A stretch of DNA of 64,000 nucleotides from Catajapyx aquilonaris (lineage: Eukaryota). Shown here piece after piece: positions 40,911-52,758 of the stretch. The DNA is taken from positions 1 to 64,000 of the forward strand of contig JYFJ02000928.1 in assembly GCA_000934665.2 (NCBI GenBank). The letters run 5' to 3'. A model generated the notes under the pieces. The model searched no databases. It was not told the origin of the DNA and worked only from the letters and a program-made list of their open reading frames with translations. Numbering within the stretch: the first letter of the stretch is position 1; every line of letters starts with the position of its first letter. The position numbers were made by a program, and so were the translations under genes.

Positions 40911-41051
40911 CCCCCCCTCCCCCCAGCAGCCATGGCCGTATTCCTTGTAGAAATCGCGATGCATACCCCGAGAGGTCGGTNCCCCCCCTCCCCCCAGCAG
41001 CCATGGCCGTATTCCTTGTAGAAATCGCGATGCATACCCCGAGAGGTCGGT
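40911..41051. other. Assembly gap artefact: identical 70-bp copies either side of a single N
   Basis: 40911-40980 is identical to 40982-41051, with the N at 40981. Confidence 0.9.
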
Positions 41052-42743
41052 GTTAGGGGGTTTCCAGTGGCTCTATATTATGTTAATGAATATAAAGGCT
41101 ATATGGGATAGCGTATATATCCCATGCGGGCAAGTATTTGCATTTTAAAGTACTGTCCATGCTGCATTTTTACTATGCACATATTCGACATCGTGCTTCC
41201 GCGATGAAATTGAACCTTTTGTGTCAGTCACGAGCAGCTAATTCATGTATAGCAGGGGGGTGCGGCAGTGGAAGTGTTCTATGCGTATGACGTAGTTCAG
41301 AAGGCCAATTTGTCGGGTTTTTGCAAATATGGGCGTGGCGTTATCGTCGACGGGGAAAAAAAACAGGACTGTCCGAAATAAATTAGCCGCATTGAAGCTG
41401 CGGTCACAAGTGTCACATCATGTAACTTGATCCGGTCAAGTTGTGCCAATTTTAAGCTCTTTGGCCGTAATTAAAAGCAAACATGATGTCAGACTCTCAG
41501 GCGTCCTATATACAGTATACTCAGTAGACCAGTTCAGGAAGGGAAAAGGTATATACGAGCCATAAGACTCTCGTTTTTCTGTTCGAAGTGGAGTTATGGA
41601 CAAACACCACTTCAGATCTTGAGTGCCATTCGTAACTTAAGAACATCTACTTTCAAATATACGTTATTATCTGTTTGGAGTACCTGGAGGGTATACTGTA
41701 ATGGCTTAGAACTCAGAGGATTTATATATCTCAAGCTCTTGAAAGTTTCCGGGCGGTAAAGTTATCCCGAATCTGATACTTACAAGTCAGCACTGTGATT
41801 TATAATCCACTGTTTCATCCAACTGCCACTCTCTATCAAGGTCAAATTTTGTAATCACATTACCGCAGATAGGCGTATAATTCATACAAATCAATGGCTA
41901 GGGTTTGCGTGAACTATATGAGTCATTATTAATTATTACAATTTGCTTCACAATACTACCTGCTATGGGGGATAGTTCCAGGGATCATTACCCGGGGGAA
42001 TGCTGAAAATTAACATTGCAAATATGCATTTTCACACAATTGGATTTTTTGGGGAGGGAAAGGTGGGGAATCTCTGCAGTATTTCCCTTCCTATGCGCAA
42101 TGCTCTGCATAATTATTTTTGCGTCATACCAACAGGCAAGAATTGCTACTTTATGTGGGAAAGTTAGCAAAATTTTATACATATTGTTGTGTACATTCAC
42201 CACCGGAAGATTTGCACACATATAGTTACAATACTTCAGTGACACAGTAGAACATGGGCAGAAGTCCAGAAAGGTAAAAAATGGCGGTGGTGCTAGAATT
42301 TTTTTAGTCGACTCTAACTTACTGATATCCGACACTACGCACGTGTTTCACATGGATTCAGACAAACTTCTAGCATGAACTCCTGGGCACCAAAGTATAA
42401 CTTTATGGAGAGCTATCATGTGATATCCGCAGCCTCGTTACCGTTAGCCGAGGGCTTGAAACAGACGGTATCAAATATCCTGACAAGTATGCGTCCCTCC
42501 ACCCCTTCTTGTCTTTGAAATATAAAATATAGGTGTTACCATACAATTTAAATTTTTTCCTCGACCAAATGACACCCCATATGAACACTATGAAACGCCC
42601 TGAAATAAATGGTATCAAATCCACGAACAGGTGTATTTTAATTCCAAATTTCATTACCTTCGACTGGCCTATAGTTCTTTCGACTTATTTCTTTCCCATT
42701 TATAGGGAGTCCAGCATGTGATATTCAGGCGAATAGGACAGTA

Positions 42744-42905
42744 CAGTGCTGGCCATATATCGAGGCAACCGCCAGCGACATTTTTCCGAAGCGGCAGAAG
42801 AAGGAATCGAATATAAGCATGCTACAAGCCGGGCGAGCAAGATTCCTTCTTCTGCCGCTTCGGAAAAATGTCGCTGGTGGTTCCCTCGATATATGACCAG
42901 CACTG
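42744..42905. mobile_element. TA-flanked hairpin MITE, 162 bp
   Basis: 65-bp inverted arms CAGTGCTGG(C/T)CATATATCGAGG...GAAGAAGGAATC (42744-42808 and 42841-42905, 3 mismatches). 32-bp spacer, TA on both sides. Confidence 0.9.
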
Positions 42906-45330
42906 TACACCAATCACATGACGACGCCAAAGCTAACCCAGCACCCATTAGTGGTGGTGCCACCTAGTCGATTAAGCTATACCACCAACACCTTCCCCTC
43001 TCAGCCATTAGATAGTACTATCTTGAAGGTTTTTGGCTCCAAGTCTCCAGGCGGCGCAAGTAGCGGGGCGGGCAAAGGGGAAAAGTTGGCGGGAAAAAAT
43101 CTCAAGGCCACAAGTAATTTTCACTCCTATCTATATGGCACGCTGCTCGATTCCATAGGAAATCGTTGGAGACGAGACAAGTAGTCGTGTGGCGAATTCC
43201 TGATTCCGGACCGCGTTAGTCTGTAGGAGACTTTGGACTCCGGGACCTCCCTTCACGTGAAAAATTGCCAGCAGTAATGAAGCGTGAATGGGGAGGACTT
43301 TTACGAGGAAAGGCTTGGCAAAATGTTTCTGGCCTCCACCAGCAAGAAAGATTAGCTCCGGATGCACTAAATATGCATTCCCATTGTCGCCTCTGCCGTT
43401 CTTTATTTCGGATGGGCGAAAAAGGAAAATAAAAACAGCCAATCGGATGCGGCGGCCGGAATGAAGATAATGTGCACAGGATTAAAGCTTTTTTTTCTTT
43501 TCTAAACATCAGTTTTTTTTCTTTCTCTAGTTTTTGTCGCGCCTTTAGAACGACGGGAGAAATAGTGCAAGCAGGGATCCTATTATGGTTGTGAGCGAGG
43601 GAAATTTACGGACGTCGCCAAGTTTTTGACAGTTGGGGGTTACCCCTGTTCATTTAAGGCCGTAAAAAGGATGCATTGCACTTCCCTAATTGTGGGTTTT
43701 ATGAATTATTTTCACCTTAATTAAATGGGGCTCCTCTGGTTTTTAGATTCGCACCGTGCGTCTTGGTTATTAGTGGATGAAAAGGAGATTGGATTAGTTG
43801 CAAAGTTACGCACGGTGTACTTTAACATCGGGGATATTTGGCGTAAATCTTGGTGTAAGCCTCTTACTTTCCAGGTCTGACCAGATCTAGCTTGGAGGGG
43901 GGTTTTAAAAATCACTTTGTATGCACCGCTGGCACTGTAAATGTTAACTGAGTTGGTCCTTTCATTTATGAACCGCATGGGAAGGCTTCTAACATTGTGA
44001 AATTTCAGCAATTAATGATAATTAGCTGCCATAAACAGATTTATTGATTGGACATTGGAGCAGGGATGCTATAATAATTTCATTAATATGCCGGGGAAGG
44101 CAATTACTTATGGCACAGTGAGGTGAAAGGTCATTGGTGTGAAGGCTATTCAAAATTCCAACTAGCGTATTTTGATTAACCCATGTCGGAGGGGAAAAAA
44201 TGGGGCGTACTCGTTTTTTCGCGCTCTGTGCTCAGGTAATTGCATTTTTATTTAAATCGCTCTGTGCTTTTGTTTTTACAGGATTAGACCCATTTGAACA
44301 CGTGCGTGTTTGCAGAAATGCTAATCATGTTGCACCCCCCCCCCCTAAAACGGGGTGGGCTTGGCAACACCGTACCAAAAATGGCGATTATGGCCGCACT
44401 TGACGATTTTAGGACCCTGTCACGGAAACAAAAGCGGTGTAATAACCGGCTCAAAGATTCCCTCTAATTATGTTAATAAATGCTGATGACTCCACCGGAT
44501 GGGGTTATTTGTCCAGCAATGTCGCCTTGCTTGCCAAGAGAGGGCAGTCTTCAGAAGAAGGAGGAGGAGGAGAAGGAGGGCCTGCTCCTCCACCTCCTTC
44601 TACTACCCCCACTTCTCCGATCGATCAAATCATGCGAGGGAAAGAGCATTTGGGGAAGGCCCTGGCAACTCATTCGCCAAAGTGGGGCCCACCGTCTCCT
44701 CTCATTGTGTGGATAGGCCTAGTGTTGACATGGAGAAATGCCCCCCATTTCCACGTCGCCCTTCCAGGCGTTTATCACCCAAATTATCATGCAGGGGTGG
44801 CGGTGGGTACCCAAAGTGTGAGCACTGCAGCTTCACTTTGGATGATTACGGCTACTATCAATCATAACCGGATATTGACTGGAAGGTTTGTGCATAGGCC
44901 TTCGAAGATAGCTTATACCGGATGTCCGACAATGGTGAGGCTCGGGTGCTAGCCCAAGGCAGATACATATGCCGTCTTTTTGCGAGAGAGAAATTTGAAT
45001 ATGTGGGCTCAAACGTGTGCTTATGGAGATTATGTGGGGGGGGGGGGGATTTTTTTGGAAGGGAATTTTTTAACTAGAAGGGAGTTTTTCAAGTAATGAT
45101 CGACGTTAATGCCAGTTTCGCGGTTCACGATCATGCGGTATATTTGGAATGTTGAAATACACGGTGATGTGAAGTCGTACAGGTTAAAAATCGGATCTAC
45201 CAGGGTGGCCACGAAGTAAGGGGCACATGTTTGATGAGCAATAAGTCAAAAAGAAAATTTAATGAAAGCAGATAAAATGACAAGAAATATTATATATAGT
45301 GTAAGGAAAATATAATGCATACCAATTTTC

Positions 45331-45360
45331 CAACTTGGGTCAACTCGGGTCAACTTGGGC
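45331..45360. repeat. 10-bp tandem repeat x3 (CAACTYGGGY)
   Basis: caacttgggt caactcgggt caacttgggc. Confidence 0.75.
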
Positions 45361-48300
45361 ACCATTCAAGTCGACGGAAGCTTGAAGTCTTACTTTGAGA
45401 AATGGCTCATGCGCTACTCTACAATGATAGTGGAATAGTTGTCTACATAATATCCTGGGGAATCAGAATAGCACACCATGCTCAGTTAGGGTTTTTGAAT
45501 ACAATAATTATTATAATTTGAGAAAAGTAGCATAGTGATGCATTAAATCTCCCTCATACAGTACTATGATCCAACGATATACACAAAATGAAAATAAAAG
45601 ATGATATAAAATGCGCAATTGTGTTCATAAATATAAACGTGATTGACACGTTATAGCTTTCATTCTTTCCGCGAATAAAGTTGTTTATCACTACTCTGAG
45701 CATGTACACGACAATAGGGATTTCTATGTACTACTCATTATTTAAAGATAAAGCTCAAAACACGGCGCACACACTATGTACACAGTATGAGGCAACGCTG
45801 GAGGATACTGCTAGCAAAAAAAGCGCTCATTTCGCGGTAACTGCAATAATCACTCCAATATTAATGCCTTTCATTAAAAAATCAGTTTCATTATACAGTG
45901 GTATTAACACGGCGTTGCATACGTCACGCCCGGCTCTCTTGCCACTTAGTTCATTCTACACCACACTACAGGTGAAGTCTCTGCATCCCGCCTTAAACAC
46001 TTGACATCTGTCAGGAACAGCGTGGCTTAACTGACTTCTTGGTGTTGAGAAAGAAAATAAAGGTGAATGAGCACCCACTGACAGGTGTCTCTGGGCAAAC
46101 CAAACATCCAGGAAGAGTGGACGTGACGACCTTCCAGGCTGGGGCTCAATGGCATGCCCTACTCAGCATGGATAGACGTCTGAATTGAGAGGGTTAACGA
46201 CATGGCTATAACAGGCAGATCTGATGGCGTGATGCTGCAACTTGACAATAGCTAACCGCACCCCAAATATGCTATCGCCAAATTTGGGTGGACATGTTGC
46301 CCCACCCACCCTATTCTGATTTAGCGCCAACGGCCACAACGTTTTTTTTTTTTTAAAATAACCAAACCCCTCAGTTACATCATTCTGATCTTGTTTCGAG
46401 GTGGTGCTAAAGGAGTCCATAATAAATATATATATAAATAAAATGGTTATTTTATATAAAATAATTATATAGGATTCCCAGTTTTTTAAACATCCGATTG
46501 TGAGTGTACTTGAACAGCACAAATCGTACACTGGTGTTAAGTAGTTAGTTGTGGTGCATTTGCAGCCAAGAGCGACGCTGAAATAACATACTCAGCTTAC
46601 CAAGTGCTATCAGGGAGTGTAAACCCTGTTTCAGTGGCTTGTCGAGAAGTCAAGCAGACATGTGCTAAAAGCATCGAGTCCAATGAGGTGGATGACAGGA
46701 GGTTGTCGTTTTAACATTGAGTATTTTCTAGTGACCAGGCGCTGTTTTTTTTATTTGGAGTGTTGAACAGCTATGTCCAGGCTAATGGGCGGATGGAATA
46801 GCCTCGAACCTCACAATTACTATCGGCGGAACTGATTTTTCACGTGGTGTAACGTAAGCTCATGCCACTATAGATGTATACGGCTGCGTGTGCCAAGTAT
46901 AACTATTTAGCATTTTTTTGTTGTTTCCTCTCTGCTATTAGTTACCAAATGTGTTTTATCATCAAATGTTACCTAAGGATTTACTTATGCAGTGAATGAA
47001 ATTTAATCTCATTATTAAGGGCGTCAATAATATTTAGGTAGAAACGAGAGCTGAAACTAATTTAGGATCATAATCACTCCCGTCGTGGATATTCGTCACA
47101 CCTGTTACATATTGCGCGCGAAATGCGATGTGACGATTATCCTATCTCTCCCGAGCCTTAGTCAGATTTTTTTTTTAAATCACAGAGGCAGTGTAACCAC
47201 ACTAAATTGCTGGCGCGATTTAGCTTTAATATTTATCTGAAAGCAAAATTCAATCAACACAATAGAATTGCAAATGCAGTATGTTACAGTTGAACGCCTC
47301 ACAGGGTAAATTTTTTTTGCATCAAGCTGTTTTAAATAAGCTATACTTTAACAACCGCTACTTTTAGGAGCTATAAAGTATTAAGATCAAATATTAAATT
47401 GTATGAAAGCATACCATTCCTTCAACCCCTGATTTTCTAGTTATTAAATGATTTAGTTAAGACATTGGGAATGACTCCCTACAATTAAGGCCATTCGTTT
47501 TCATACTATAGACCAGATCATCTTAAAAAGGAAACACCCACTCAATACATAATGATAGTAACTTATTTTCAAAGCCCCTGCAAAGTAGTTATTAGAAAGT
47601 ACGGTAGGCCTAAAGCTTATAAATAAGCAGCTTAATGAGAAATGTTTTAAATAGCTACCAGCACTTCATTTCAAGTTCCAAGTTTTCAATTTGTCTCGCG
47701 TGATCGAACAACAGGCAAGAAAAAGTGCATATTCACGGGCAGTTTTAATAAGTTCCCTTAATGCAGTGTATTTTACTTAGGACTTTGGCGAATCAAAATT
47801 GTGCATTTTCCTATAATAATAATAATGGGATTATTATTAGAGATGTAACACTTGTGTAACACCCTCATTCAAGAAAGAAATATGAGAGATTTTCTTACCA
47901 AACGATGAAATTACCAATAAAAATTTCCATTCAATCATCCCAAAACGCTTCTACTTGTAAAAAAATCCAAGCCAACAAAAACTAACAAAGAGCAGTGTAA
48001 GACAAAACATAGAACGGATTATTTGTTCGTTGCCTTTGTTGACCCATGGCGGAATTTGTTTACCCACAAGTGATACAGTATAGCGAACAATCCTTCTGGT
48101 TCCATCCAGCGGAATTTTTATTGCCAGATTTGACCCGTGTATAATCGTCGGCGATTAGTTCCACGCCCAGTAATATATTGCCAGCGCCATATGAATATGA
48201 ATAAATCTCGCAGTGACGAGCGCATAAATCCGTGTTTATTATACACACAGAGCTGTACCTCCCAGGTTATCTGCAGTGGAAGGTGGAAGCGACTCTTCAT

Positions 48301-51300
48301 CATCAACACGGAATTATCCGTTAACTATGGAGTAGGTAGGGGGTGAAAATCTTGGCGAGCTTTGTGGGAGCTGGGGTAGAGGGGGTGTAGGGGTGGGATT
48401 GAATAGGGCGTGGAAATGAATTATTCCAGTGCCGGAGGCAGCGAGTCCTACACGTAGTTCGAGAGAAAAGAGGGTTGGAGGCAAAGAGAGCCCGGATTCC
48501 GGAAGCCCGCAAAACTCCCCATCTCTGAATCATTGTGGGTATAACACGCGGCCCATTACGGGAAATGGCCGTGATTTTCCAGGAATGATACACTATTTTG
48601 AACCCCACAGGGGCCCTACTAACGTGGATGCCAGTCATTGCAGGTTCGGGAGGTCATAACATGATTTTTTGGTCTCAAACCTTGGCAGCTGCTTCTGATA
48701 GCAGGTTAATGGCTCAGGCGTTTCTTTTTTCCCCTTCTTTTTGGCGGATTCTTTTGTCCGAACCCTATTGTCCTAAAGTCCGGCACCTGGGGAGAGACGG
48801 GGGAGAAAACGGGGGGAAAAAAGAAAATGTCGCCAAGGTTGGAAGTGGAGGTGAAAAATCCGCCTCGGTCTCTCTCTTTCGCTCTTGTTCTCCTTCTCTT
48901 TTCGTTGTTGTGTGGTTGCAGTCGATCTGGGGAGTTCGCTCGATTTCATCCCCAACGAAGCGGAAGGAAAACAGACGTAAATGGACGCGGGTCTTCCACA
49001 GAGAAAAGCCTTTCCCCTCCACCCCACTTTTACCCCCACAGTCCTCCCTCCTCCCTCACTTTTTCCCAGCCTCCTTTGGCCGTTTCTGAAGCTACAATTC
49101 AATTTCCGTTCGACTGGCGTCGCTGGCGCCTTGGAAAAGTACGAGAAAAACCTTGCCTCAAGACCCAATGTTTACTAATACTCTGTACCTGCAGGTGTCA
49201 CAGGTGCCATACAACTAAATTGCAACCCTGCAATGCGCAACCAATTTAACTACTAACCAGAAATGCTGTCGATATGGTGGGATATGCCCGTCGGAATATG
49301 AATAATATTTTCTGATACTGCACATATGAGATTGATCATTATTTATTAAATTATTAAAATTAAATTACGATTTAACCTGATAAATATTGCGCGATTTGAA
49401 TTTAGAGAAATTATTTCGCACTTTTCATAAATTATGTTTTAAAGAATGGGCTTGGCATTGATATATTTATGCCCCCCCCCTCCCCCCCACGCGAGAATTT
49501 ATACTGCCATATACACCTCCACCCAATTTGCCGCTAACTTCATCGTGTCTGGTACACTTGGGCTGCTCCCGAGAGCCTCCATTAAAAATATGGGCCAAGA
49601 AAAATGAGTGGAAGAAGCTTATTAGCCTGCCTATGACAATTCGAACGTAATATGGGCCTGCATCTTCCAGATTTTGACCCAAGTTTATGCGTTCAATAGT
49701 GGTTTATGGCATTGAATTTACGTATCGCATGTTAAAAGACCAGGTCCTTTTTTCCTGAATAATAATACCCGTGATAAGCCTGTTTTTTGGGGTGGAAAAT
49801 GTGGCCTATTTTCCCAACGAGTGGCATCCAATCTTAGGAGCGATCTATGGCCATTCCGTACCGGGTAGCCCTGGCAACAGCCAAGCGAGCGTCCACTCGT
49901 TTCCTTTCGCGACCAAATGCCCCAATGATTGCAAGCCCGGAATCTGGGGGTTTAATCCGCCACACTGCTAAGTCAGTGTGTTACTGCCGGCGGCGTGCTA
50001 CATGGTGGTAGGACTGCTGAAGACATGAAACTATGCTGTGCTTACAAGGTTTAGTCTTGCATTATTAATAGTACATGATGTGGCGGGTATTGCCTTTGGG
50101 CAGTTAAGTGGAAGGTCCTGGGTTCAAATCTTGTCTTTAGGACCGAATTGCACCAGGACCAATTGAAAAGATGTCGAAAAATGATTCGAAACTACCCGTC
50201 ATTTGCAACAGTGTAATATGCGTGTATGATAATAAATTTATGCCTAAGCGGTCAAAGCACTACTCAATAGCCAATTAATAGTGTATGTTGTTTTCTAAGC
50301 CGGCTACAACAACAGTTGGCTAAAAGCGGGACTTTTTTGAATACGTTTCTGTACGAACCAATTGCGGAACAGGAAGTGCATACAGCGTGATAATTTTTCA
50401 AAGGGCAAAACGACACATTTTCGTGGATATAGTACAGAGCGTGTACTACAGTATTGATTCCCAGCTCATTCTCACCCAACTATATCACACATCCTTATAT
50501 TCCATAGATCGTAGTAGTATAGTACAGCGGCTAACTTTTGGCCAACCGCATAGGCTTAAAAGGTATTCATAATCGTGGATGCATAGGATCTACACACAAA
50601 AGATATGCAAGCAGTGTTAATTTACGAAAAAAAAAACCCTAAGCTTGTGGTCTTTTTGTTCCGGTCCGTAATTGTAGCGCACACGTGGTTAACGAACAAA
50701 GAGGAATTGAAGAGGTATAGGCTTTCTGGCATGAGAGTGACGTGATATGTGCTCTAATCGAACATTCTTTGCTTTACCAAGAGAATTAAAGTAGTTATAA
50801 CGCAGCTCAGAGAAGCAGATGTTTTGAGGCTCAAAGGGCTTAATATATCCTGTGTTATGGAGCGTAACTCTATTTCCATTCCCATTTGGGAAAATTCAAG
50901 GAGCATGGAGCCATTTCAATTTGTTTCTCATTAAGGGACCCATTCTCTAAAAAAAGAATAATAATTGTTTTATCGTCCCTAGAGTCCAGGAATTAATGCA
51001 GTGCTTCCAAGGTGCTTTTGATCGTCAAATCTAAGGACTTGGCAAAATCTTTGCGCGCTTTTCTTTAGCCTCAGTAATAGGATTTGCTTCAGTTATTCCC
51101 GCTCAACCTTGCATTTTTACGCTGCCGTAACGACATGTGCCGCAGTTATTGCGGTGCAAAGTAGTCTAATTAAGTGGGTGCATTTTCACGCATGCAAACT
51201 GCTTTAACGAACTATAAAAAACTGGCGGGAGGAGAAAAAAAAATGTCGGCTGAAATTTTGTGCCCACTGTAAGCAATGAAATGCAATGCATGTAAATTTT

Positions 51301-52514
51301 GGGGTGCAATTAGCGGAAACAGGCCCAGGCACCGTACAAAGCTCTCGACATTGGCAATTAGCACTCCTTTTGTTCAGAAGAAAATGATTAGTCTAGTCAG
51401 GAGTGTCAGTTTGGCCAGACATGCTGCCATATATAATTCAGGCTTCCCCCCTCCACTTGTCCCAAGTGTGACTTTAACCACTTTGCGCGACAGATCCATC
51501 TTGTCATTCTACTCACCCTGAAGGCAGTACAAAAGTCCCAGAAGCACAATGAGGATGGTCCTGCACATACTGCTGACTCCATCCTTCATTGATCGTCCAA
51601 TCTGCAATCCGACCCAACCGCACTCGGCCATGCGACACATTTTTTTCTGTCTTTTTGTCTCCGTCCCTTTTTTTTTCTTCAAAAAACAAACTTTTTTCTT
51701 CAACTCCGATTAGCGTCCCATAACTGCAATACTCCGTGTCCGCCTAAAGGAACGTATTGTCATTCCACAGCATTGTCACTCTTTTCCGTCGGGACAATTA
51801 ACCCGGCCTCTAGTTGGGTTGAGGGCAGACCAACGCGTGCAGAGGCCAGAGTTGGACTAAAAAGACGGGTCTCGGGGGTTGTCCCGGAAGATTGGGAGCA
51901 CGCAGGCGCTTCCCCGTCCTACGTATCACACTCCTATATACTGCGCTCAGAAGGAGCCACTCCGCTTATCGCTCCGCAGGAAACATCCTGGTAACTGCCT
52001 TATCACTTGCCCAGGGTAATTACTAGCTGGGAGTAGGCCTATTGTAGGTTCCTATAATTATCACCTGAAACCCAGGGGCTGGTTCCATATTGTCCGAAAA
52101 TGCCAATGGTAATAGTCGTTGCTAAAGGGCGACCTAGTTGCAGTGCATCAAGCGAGTCAAACTGCTGGAGAGTTATTATCTCTTTGTGGAGTGGTCATAC
52201 CATGTGGCATCACCCAAATCCGGCTTTATTAATTGTGCGGGATGTCCGTGAAGTAGTGAAACGGGGGGTTATGAATGTGGCCTAATATATTATGGTAGGA
52301 TGTGTAGTTTTTGACCAGAGGGCTGCATGGTGCGCCTTGTACAGCCAGAAAATGTGCTCTTTGCCTTGATACAGTCTGTTCAAAACGCAGTATGGCCTAG
52401 CAAGTCACATTTCTGGTCAGAAAGTTCTTCTAAACTCGTTGCGATATTTTCAACGGAATATATATTGTACAATAAGATTAATCTTGTGCCTAACTCATTT
52501 TTCTGGCGAGATGT

Positions 52515-52758
52515 TCATTAATAAATTAATTCATTCATTTACATCTCGGCATAATCCCAGCATGGGGTAGCCAGCGACGACTATAGACGTGTGCGTACCT
52601 AGTCGTCTCGTATGACCATGACAATGGATCATCTGGTGGCTGATCAGGCCATCAAATAAGATATAATGAATTAGGTGATGATGAAAACAATGATATGGAC
52701 ACATACATACATATTATACATACACGTACAATGTATTGGGTATGTATGTATGCTTTTT
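52515..52758 (-). mobile_element. Probable 5'-truncated non-LTR retroposon insertion
   Basis: Direct repeat TGGCGAGATGT at 52504-52514 and 52759-52769, both preceded by T runs. An (AATG)n-like tail on the minus strand lies at 52515-52540. Confidence 0.6.

Noticed and set aside
40911..41051. Biological tandem repeat or CRISPR-like repeat
   Set aside because: Only two identical copies around an N, with no spacers or cas genes.
46175..46197. piggyBac-like end ...GAGAGGG-TTAA
   Set aside because: No matching inverted partner found nearby.
50085..50135. tRNA/SINE head (GGTCCTGGGTTCAAATC)
   Set aside because: B-box-like word only. No convincing A box, body or TSD.
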